From: an uncultured bacterium
Lineage (GTDB): Bacteria; CSSED10-310; CAZUFC01
Direction: 5' to 3'
Assembly: GCA_964619725.1 (NCBI GenBank)
Contig: CAZUFC010000023.1
Location: forward strand, 1-64,000
Length of the DNA: 64,000 nt
The notes under the pieces are model-generated. The model saw only the letters and a list, made by a program, of their open reading frames with translations, ran no database searches and was not told the DNA's origin. The position numbers were made by a program, and so were the translations under genes. This document shows positions 55,972 to 64,000 of this stretch, piece by piece (position 1 is the first letter of the stretch; each line of letters starts with the position of its first letter).

Positions 55972-57291
55972 TTATTGCTGCAAAAAGTTGTGCAGATATT
56001 TATACTCAGAAGTCAGCTCGCCGCGATAGACGATTACGGCTCTTTTGATCTCCGGAGGCAATTCAAGCTCTTCAAACGTCCCCTTATACTCAGATTCAGC
56101 AATAGCGGGAATGAAAGGCTTCAACGCACTACTGAAGTCTTCCGAAGCCTCCCGGGAAAGCTCGCAAGGCAGGTTGTCCACGGCAAGAATAGCCGGCCAG
56201 GCGCCCTTTGTCCCATACGTCAGTTTCTCCTCAATTGGATCGTAAACATATACCGGTTTGCCGGGGTCGGTCGTTTTCTTCGTCGGTTCTATCGCTCCCT
56301 CCACATCGCAGCTTATGTCCCCGATGACTTTCAACTTCAGACTGCCGCTCTCATGATAAAGCCGGCGCAACATTTCATCGCTGATTAACCTGGGATACTT
56401 TTCTTCCCAGTATATGCAGTTGAGCAGCATAGTGAGATGAGGAACGTATTTTCCAAAAATAGCCCTGTACCTTTCCGGATGATCGTAGTATTCCTGGAGG
56501 TCGAAACTTTTTTCTACAGAAAGCGGTTCGACAATGTCCTTTTCCTTGAAAACCGTTTTATAAATTTTTCTGTTCGATAAACTTTTTCCGGCAAGTCCAC
56601 GGATCAGTTCCTGAGGCTCGACGGTTTCGTGAGGGAGCAAATCGAAAATTTCCTGAGCTCCTGCAGACACGTTGCCGTAACCTGCGAAACCGACCGTCAG
56701 GGGGTGGAGCATATCCGGCAAGCCTTCATCGGCGATTTTCTCGCCCACTTCTTTTATCGTATCTTCAGCCGCTGTCAGGTCAGCAAATTGATATGCCTGG
56801 CTTACGCTTTCAAAAGGAGTTGCGACGTTTTCACCTTTCAGTTTTTCTCCGAAGGCCCATAGGGAATCGATCATACCCGCCAAACCCGCAAAGCGTCCGA
56901 AAGATATGATTCGATTGCCTGATTCGGTTACTATCCTTTCATAATCTATCAGGGTGCAATTCAGCTCGATCAATTTTCTCAGCATGCCCATGTTGTATGA
57001 CTGTCCTTTTATGACATGCGAAAAATACATGTAATTCATGCCGGAACTTAAAAAATCGACCGGCATCTCTTTTACGCCCAGAATAATCCGGCAATCATTT
57101 AAATCTTCGGTTATTACGGCGCCCGATTCTCGAAACTCGTCATCGGAAAATATCCGATTCTCAGAGGGCTGAACCGCCACGTCTATGCATTCTGTCCCGG
57201 TAATTTTCTTGATATGCTCAGGAACAAGAGGCGTTCTTTTTTCCCATATGTTTTTATCTTCTCTCCTGATACCGATTTTTATTCTCCTCAT
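55972..57291 (-). CDS. Lysine-ketoglutarate reductase / saccharopine dehydrogenase (AASS LKR-domain-like)
   Basis: IGIRREDKN.WE.R.PL.P, GVKEMP, FSH.IK.Q..NM, LIDYE, G.GNVS.GA.EIF, DISCD, VDNLPCEL.REAS; AAGGAG RBS before ATG 57291. Confidence 0.9.
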   Translation of the reverse strand: MRRIKIGIRREDKNIWEKRTPLVPEHIKKITGTECIDVAVQPSENRIFSDDEFRESGAVITEDLNDCRIILGVKEMPVDFLSSGMNYMYFSHVIKGQSYNMGMLRKLIELNCTLIDYERIVTESGNRIISFGRFAGLAGMIDSLWAFGEKLKGENVATPFESVSQAYQFADLTAAEDTIKEVGEKIADEGLPDMLHPLTVGFAGYGNVSAGAQEIFDLLPHETVEPQELIRGLAGKSLSNRKIYKTVFKEKDIVEPLSVEKSFDLQEYYDHPERYRAIFGKYVPHLTMLLNCIYWEEKYPRLISDEMLRRLYHESGSLKLKVIGDISCDVEGAIEPTKKTTDPGKPVYVYDPIEEKLTYGTKGAWPAILAVDNLPCELSREASEDFSSALKPFIPAIAESEYKGTFEELELPPEIKRAVIVYRGELTSEYKYLHNFLQQ

Positions 57292-57647
57292 GCCATTTCT
57301 CCTTGATTGATCATTACCTTCCGGCTTTTTCCATTTCACGGATTCCTGACGCAGCAAAGGACTGATTCAGAGCATGTCGGACGGAATCCGCCGGCGCTTT
57401 CAGTGCAACGCATGAGCGATATTAGGGTTTGTGAGCGTGCATTTCAAGTATAAATTGCGGCGGATTCGACGAGGCGTTATTTCTGAATGGGGATTCCGTG
57501 GGGAAAACGCAGGCCGGTTCAAGGTTCCATACTGTCTAATATCGAATCTGAAGGCGGATTCAGCGAAAATCACTTTGCTTTACAATTTTTTTAAGCTATA
57601 GTAAACTGATTCTGGTACGTCTTCAGTATGGAAGGAGGATAAAAGTA

Positions 57648-58397
57648 ATGTCTGGACACTCCAAATGGCACTCGATCAAACATAAAAAAGCCTCGGCGGA
57701 TGCCAAACGGGGTAAAATATTTACCCGGTTGATCAAGGAAATAAGCGTTGCTGCGAGGATCGGCGGAGGTAATTTATCGGATAATCCGCGTTTACGCGTA
57801 GCGGTGGATAAGGCCAAGGCCGCCAACATGCCCAAGGACAACATCGAGAGAGCCATTAAAAAAGGTACGGGAGAACTGCCCGGCGTCACTTATGAGGAAG
57901 TGACTTACGAGGGATATGGCCCCGGCGGAGTAGCTGTTCTGGTTGAGAGCATGACGGACAACAAGAATCGCACCGTATCCGATATGAGATATGTGTTTTC
58001 CAAGCGCGGCGGGGAACTCGGTAAAGCCGGCTGCGTGGCGTGGATGTTCGAGAAAAAAGGGGTCATAGTGGTTGAAGGGGAAGGCGTCGAGGAAGACGAG
58101 TTGATGGATGTGATATTGGAAGCGGGCGCAGAAGACATGCAAAGCGACGATTCGACTTTTGAGATAACTACGAGCCTGGAAGATTTTGAAAGCGTGAAGG
58201 AGGCAGTGGAAAAGGCCGGTTACAAAATCTCCCTGGCAGAAATCAACTATGTTCCTCAGAACGACGTCAAACTGGAAGGAAAGAAAGCGGAACAAATGCT
58301 CAAACTTATGGAAGAACTCGAAGAGCATGACGACGTTCAGAACGTTTCGGCCAATTTTGATATCCCCGAGGAAATAATAGAAAAAGTCGGAAGCTGA
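57648..58397 (+). CDS. yebC: YebC/PmpR family protein
   Basis: MSGHSKW..IK.KK...[26 protein letters not shown]. Confidence 0.97.
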   Translation: MSGHSKWHSIKHKKASADAKRGKIFTRLIKEISVAARIGGGNLSDNPRLRVAVDKAKAANMPKDNIERAIKKGTGELPGVTYEEVTYEGYGPGGVAVLVESMTDNKNRTVSDMRYVFSKRGGELGKAGCVAWMFEKKGVIVVEGEGVEEDELMDVILEAGAEDMQSDDSTFEITTSLEDFESVKEAVEKAGYKISLAEINYVPQNDVKLEGKKAEQMLKLMEELEEHDDVQNVSANFDIPEEIIEKVGS

Positions 58398-58483
58398 TCA
58401 GATAATGGGGCATTCGGAGAATACCGAATTTTACCTGTTAGTTTTGCTTCGATCACAGGGACCGGTCTGATTGCCGGACCGGT

Positions 58484-59017
58484 ATGCGATATATGCCGCA
58501 GCCGAAAGCACGGAAACTAAGAATAGCAGGCGTGGACCCCGGATTGAGCGTCACTGGATATGGAGTGATCGACTGGATTGACGAAAATCGTCCGGAACTC
58601 GTCAGATACGGCGTTATTCGCTCGCCCGCCAAAACACCTCTTTCCAGAAGACTGTACAAACTTTACGAATCTTTTTGCGAGGTTCTGAGCGAGTTAACGC
58701 CCGATCTGGTCGCCGTGGAAGATACTTTTCATCATTGCAACATAAAATCCGCCATGAAGCTGGGGCAGGCACGCGGCGTCATTCTCCTGGCGGCTGCAGG
58801 AGCGGGAATAAAAGTGATTCATTACTCGCCGCTTCAGATTAAGCAATCACTGGTCGGGTACGGCAGAGCAGAAAAGGATCAGGTGCAATTCATGGTGAAA
58901 AGGCTTCTGGCTATTAACGATAAAAATGTTTCAAGCGACGCTTCGGATGCATTGGCTGCAGCGCTTTGTCACGCTCATTCCCTTAAATTCAGAAACATGG
59001 TGGAGAAGCAGATGTGA
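58484..59017 (+). CDS. ruvC: Crossover junction endodeoxyribonuclease RuvC
   Basis: GVDPG...TGYG, AVE, LGQARG, GYGRAEK.QV, DASDALA. Confidence 0.96.
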   Translation: MRYMPQPKARKLRIAGVDPGLSVTGYGVIDWIDENRPELVRYGVIRSPAKTPLSRRLYKLYESFCEVLSELTPDLVAVEDTFHHCNIKSAMKLGQARGVILLAAAGAGIKVIHYSPLQIKQSLVGYGRAEKDQVQFMVKRLLAINDKNVSSDASDALAAALCHAHSLKFRNMVEKQM

Positions 59018-59640
59018 TTTCATTTCTCAAAGGAACGATTCATGACAAAACGCCTCGCTTCGTCACCATTCTGTGCAACGGCGTAGGATGGCACGCCGAA
59101 ATACCGCTTTCCACCTATTCGGGGTTGCCCGGCATAGGAGAGCAGGCGGAGTTGAGAATAGTCACCATAATGAAAGATGACGGCATACGTTTGTTCGGTT
59201 TTTCCGATCAGAGGGAAGAGGAACTCTTCAGGATTTTGATAGGCGTTTCCAAAATAGGACCCCGGCTGGCTTTGAACATACTGTCAGGTATTCCATCAGA
59301 TCAACTGATCGATGCCGTTTTGCAGAAAGACGTCCATCGTCTCGTTTCCATTCCGGGAATCGGGAAAAAAAGCGCCGAGAGACTGATCCTGGAATGCCGG
59401 GAAAAAATAGAAGCGCTTGGAGCGCTCTCTGGAGCGTGCGATGATTCCTTCAATCCGTACGCAGGCAAATTGAATTCTGAAGAGGAAATAGCCGTTTCAG
59501 CTCTGGAGAGTCTCGGTTTTAAGAAAGCCGAAGCCTCTCGTTATGTGAAGGCAGCGTTAATGGAGAGCCGGGAAGGGCAGGTCAGCGAACAGGAGCTGAT
59601 ACGTTCGGCTCTGAGAAAAGCCACGAAAACCAAGGCATAG
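59014..59640 (+). CDS. ruvA: Holliday junction branch migration protein RuvA
   Basis: MI..L.G, LFGF, IGP.LAL, IPGIGKKSAER, ALESLGF. Confidence 0.96.
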   Translation: MISFLKGTIHDKTPRFVTILCNGVGWHAEIPLSTYSGLPGIGEQAELRIVTIMKDDGIRLFGFSDQREEELFRILIGVSKIGPRLALNILSGIPSDQLIDAVLQKDVHRLVSIPGIGKKSAERLILECREKIEALGALSGACDDSFNPYAGKLNSEEEIAVSALESLGFKKAEASRYVKAALMESREGQVSEQELIRSALRKATKTKA

Positions 59641-59678
59641 GACTATATTTTTAAAGATGATAATCTCCGGAGAAGGCT

Positions 59679-60695
59679 GTGAACAGGATTACGAATTCCG
59701 AGAAAATTGAAGAGGACAAGAAATTTGAATCGCTGCGTCCGGAAAGTCTGGACGAATACATCGGTCAGGATAGCATCAAGAGAAAACTGCGAATTTTCAT
59801 AAAAGCGGCGCGACAGAGGGACGAAGCGTTGGATCATGTGTTATTTCACGGTCCTCCCGGATTAGGAAAAACCACTCTGGCGGTCATCATCGCCGCTGAA
59901 ATGGGCGTGACGCTCAATACGACTTCCGGCCCGGCCTTGGAGCGTCCGGGCGATATCGCCGCCATCCTCACCAACATTCAGCGTTCAGGGACACTGTTTA
60001 TCGATGAGATACATAGATTGCCCCGCATAGTTGAGGAGAAGCTGTATCCCGCCATGGAGGATTTTCAGTTGGATATCGTGATCGGACAGGGGCCGGCAGC
60101 CAAGATAATACCTCTGAAGCTGGACAAATTTACGCTCATAGGAGCAACCACGAGATTCGGCGCAGTCAGTTCGCCTATGAGGGATCGATTCGGGGTCGTA
60201 TGCCGGTTGGATTTTTATCCTGCAGAGGATATTTATCTGATAATAAAACGGTCAGCGAAAATTCTGAATCTGAAGATCGATGATAACGGCTGTATGGAAA
60301 TCGCCAGGAGAAGCCGGGGTACCCCCAGGATCGCCAACAGACTGTTGCGAAGGGTCAGGGACTTTGCCGAGGTGGAAGGCGACGGAAGAATTACAGCTAA
60401 AGTCGCTGATGCCGCTCTGAAAATGCTTGAAATAGACGGCAAAGGGCTGGATTCCATGGACCGGAAATTGCTCCAGATAATTCATCACAATTTCGCCGGC
60501 GGTCCGGTAGGGCTCGATACTCTGGCCGCAGCCATGAGCGAAAGCAGAGACACTATCGAGGATGTATACGAGCCTTTCCTGATCCAGATCGGCTTTCTGG
60601 AAAAAACTCCAAGGGGAAGAAAAGCCACTCCCGCAGCCGCCGTGCATCTGGGCGAAACCGTAAAAACGAAAAAAGAGGGGTCGCTCGGCTTATGA
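59679..60695 (+). CDS. ruvB: Holliday junction branch migration DNA helicase RuvB
   Basis: [43 protein letters not shown]. Confidence 0.98.
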   Translation: MNRITNSEKIEEDKKFESLRPESLDEYIGQDSIKRKLRIFIKAARQRDEALDHVLFHGPPGLGKTTLAVIIAAEMGVTLNTTSGPALERPGDIAAILTNIQRSGTLFIDEIHRLPRIVEEKLYPAMEDFQLDIVIGQGPAAKIIPLKLDKFTLIGATTRFGAVSSPMRDRFGVVCRLDFYPAEDIYLIIKRSAKILNLKIDDNGCMEIARRSRGTPRIANRLLRRVRDFAEVEGDGRITAKVADAALKMLEIDGKGLDSMDRKLLQIIHHNFAGGPVGLDTLAAAMSESRDTIEDVYEPFLIQIGFLEKTPRGRKATPAAAVHLGETVKTKKEGSLGL

Positions 60696-60764
60696 AGGAT
60701 GCGGGAAGCCTGATGGTCAGGCGTTTGCGCAGGGCTCTGACTCCATTCTCGACTCCAGTTTCCG

Positions 60765-60910
60765 AGTTTTAAATCCATAAACGAGTCAAATTTTTTTTAA
60801 TGTCAGGAAGCCCAGGATTCGTGATGAAGGCGCATTGCTTTAACGTTGAATGAGCCAAGCCGCAGCATGATGCTGCATTCGGGGACATTTGCGGTTTATG
60901 GACAAAAGCT
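60765..60910. mobile_element. MITE-like element (family B) with TCCATAAAC terminal inverted repeats
   Basis: Left AGTTTTAAATCCATAAACG, right CGGTTTATGGACAAAAGCT; right half similar to positions 1-53. Confidence 0.5.
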
Positions 60911-60956
60911 GAGCTGTATGTTATAAAGCCCATTGCTTTGTTGAGGAAGCCGAGTC

Positions 60957-61997
60957 ATGAAAGTCAGCGAATTTGATTATGAACTTCCGAAAGAGTTGAT
61001 AGCGCAGAGACCGGTCCAGAAGCGGGATGAATCTCGTTTGCTGGTTTACCGCCGGCGTACTGGTCAGGCGGAGCACCTTTTTTTTCATGATATTGCGGAA
61101 TTTTTGCATCCCGGAGAGGCGCTTGTGTTGAACAACACAAAAGTGATGCCTGTGAACGTAAGGTGTTTCAAAAAGCAGACGGGCGGCAAAATTGATCTTC
61201 TTTTTTTGAAGCAGGACGATATCCTTACGTGGACAGCGATGGCGCGACCGGCATCGCGAGTCAAGCCGGGGACTATCCTGACGTTCGGGAAGGGTGAGGT
61301 GGAGGCAGAAGCGGTTGGAAGATCGGGAACTGACGTTAAAATAAGATTTTCCGGTGAAATAGAGGCTGATTCCTTTTTCAGCAAATACGGTAATGTTCCT
61401 CTGCCCCCTTACATAAAAAGAAAAGACAATATTTCCAATGATGAAGATTTCACCAGGTATCAGACTATCTATGCGAAGCATCCGGGCGCGGCCGCCGCTC
61501 CCACTGCAGGACTTCATTTTACGCGAGAGCTGCTGGAAGAAATACGCTCCAGGGGCGTTCACATTTTTGAAGTGACCCTTCATGTGGGGCGCGGCACTTT
61601 CAAGCCTGTATCCGTCGAATATATCGACGATTGGCGCATGGAAGAAGAAGAATATGAGATTGATGATGAAACGGCGGCCGGATTAAACGCCGCTTTGAAA
61701 GAAAACAGGCGCATAACGGCTGTTGGAACCACTGCCGTGAGAACGTTGGAATCCGCTTACTCCGAAAACCGCAGCATGATAAGGCCGGGAAGGAGGAAAA
61801 CGGGCCTGTTTATTCGTCCGCCTTTCAAATTCAATGTCACCGGCGCTCTTGTCACCAATTTTCATCTTCCCTGTTCCACCCTTTTAATGATGGTTTCCGC
61901 TTTGGCCGGCAGGGAAAATATGCTAGCCGCTTACCGGGAGGCCGTGAGGAAAAGATATCGGTTTTACAGTTACGGCGATGCCATGCTCATCGTTTGA
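60957..61997 (+). CDS. queA: S-adenosylmethionine:tRNA ribosyltransferase-isomerase
   Basis: FDYELP.ELIAQ.P, PLPPYI, YQT.YA, AAPTAGLHF, TNFHLP, YRFYSYGDAM. Confidence 0.98.
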   Translation: MKVSEFDYELPKELIAQRPVQKRDESRLLVYRRRTGQAEHLFFHDIAEFLHPGEALVLNNTKVMPVNVRCFKKQTGGKIDLLFLKQDDILTWTAMARPASRVKPGTILTFGKGEVEAEAVGRSGTDVKIRFSGEIEADSFFSKYGNVPLPPYIKRKDNISNDEDFTRYQTIYAKHPGAAAAPTAGLHFTRELLEEIRSRGVHIFEVTLHVGRGTFKPVSVEYIDDWRMEEEEYEIDDETAAGLNAALKENRRITAVGTTAVRTLESAYSENRSMIRPGRRKTGLFIRPPFKFNVTGALVTNFHLPCSTLLMMVSALAGRENMLAAYREAVRKRYRFYSYGDAMLIV

Positions 61998-62009
61998 CTC
62001 TGAGGATAA

Positions 62010-63134
<1,125 letters not shown>

Positions 63135-63150
63135 AAGGATTTTGATATAT

Positions 63151-63516
63151 ATGAATCAGTTAATCGTGGCCATGATGGGACAACCAGGAGCCGAACAACC
63201 GGGAGGAGGCGGTTCCGCCTTCCTGCTTTTTATTTTTCTCATGTTCGTTATCGTTTATTTCCTGCTTTTGCGCCCTCAGCAAAAAGAACATCAAAGAAAA
63301 TTACAAATGATGAGGAATTTGAAAAAGGGCGACGACGTCATTACATCCGGCGGACTGCTTGGCAGAATTTCTTCCATTTCAGGCGACGTCGTAACCGTGG
63401 ACCTCGGCAATAAGGTTAAAGTGAACCTGATGAGGAGCGACATACGCGGGTTGCGGCCGAAGGAGGAGCAGAACAAGGAAGAAAAACCCCAAATTGAATC
63501 AGGATCGAAAAAATAA
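63151..63516 (+). CDS. yajC: Preprotein translocase subunit YajC
   Basis: YFLLLRPQQK, LKKGDDVITSGG. Confidence 0.95.
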   Translation: MNQLIVAMMGQPGAEQPGGGGSAFLLFIFLMFVIVYFLLLRPQQKEHQRKLQMMRNLKKGDDVITSGGLLGRISSISGDVVTVDLGNKVKVNLMRSDIRGLRPKEEQNKEEKPQIESGSKK

Positions 63517-63584
63517 TTGCGGTCTGAACAGGAGGACCGTTATTCGCATCAAAAAGGAATGGGATATATCGAAGGAGCGGTTAG

Positions 63585-64000
63585 ATGAATCAAAATTTGG
63601 CGATAAAAATACTCGTTATTCTCGGAATTATAGGATTCTCGCTTTACAGCAGCCTGCCCCTGGAAGAAAAGATAAACCTGGGGTTGGACCTGCAGGGCGG
63701 CATGCATCTTATTTTACAAGTCGAATCGGACAAGGTGGTTGAAAACGAACTGGAGAAACTGAGAAAAGAAATACAGAGGACGCTTGTCAAGGCTAAGATA
63801 AGGTTTGAAAACGCTGAGATAAATGAGGCCGGGGACGGCGTCACGATTGAGTTCAAGGATCAGGAATTATATCGCAACGCGATGGATATTTTCCGGGAAG
63901 AGTTTGATTTTTATGACAGGACGGAGGGCGGAACCATGACCGCTCCGCAGGTCACTCTGAAGATTCCACAGTCGCATATTGAGCAGTTGAAGGAGGAGGC
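63585..64000 (+). CDS. secD: Protein translocase subunit SecD (5' part, runs off the window)
   Basis: MNQNLAIKIL...INLGLDLQGGMHLILQV; AAGGAG RBS; follows yajC; not in the supplied ORF track because it is truncated. Confidence 0.93.
   Translation, partial: MNQNLAIKILVILGIIGFSLYSSLPLEEKINLGLDLQGGMHLILQVESDKVVENELEKLRKEIQRTLVKAKIRFENAEINEAGDGVTIEFKDQELYRNAMDIFREEFDFYDRTEGGTMTAPQVTLKIPQSHIEQLKEE

Overview
Bacterial chromosomal window, probably from an uncultivated anaerobic lineage; taxonomy cannot be fixed from sequence alone. The left part (about 1-16.5 kb) is accessory and partly decayed. It holds a secreted S8 peptidase, a SIR2-like protein, an M42 peptidase, a metallophosphoesterase-NACHT-FGE/SUMF1 (NLR-like) protein behind an internally deleted ATPase gene, several gene remnants and a DUF6338-like membrane protein with a small partner. 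The middle (about 17-49 kb) carries a sigma-54 activator/TauE pair, large Pro/Thr-rich or acidic secreted proteins, three GT-C-fold (TMTC/PMT-like) membrane glycosyltransferases, ApbE, YchF and two radical SAM enzymes. The right part has a PilT plus partner-switching cluster, TrmB, a split LKR/SDH saccharopine pathway and the conserved yebC-ruvCAB-queA-tgt-yajC-secD cluster. The best candidate for an undescribed system is a ~115-aa C-terminal domain (Y[YF]xPG[DE]...L[DE]xYGxY...FxWP...GL...FxYG-end). It occurs on two unrelated secreted proteins and as a stand-alone ORF, alongside two VPxx-CTERM-tailed proteins and the GT-C enzymes. This suggests a lineage-specific sorting and O-glycosylation system for surface proteins. 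Two dispersed MITE-like repeat families and two candidate structured RNAs were also seen. No rRNA, tRNA, CRISPR array, transposase or reverse transcriptase was recognised. All family assignments come from motif recognition by eye, not database searches.
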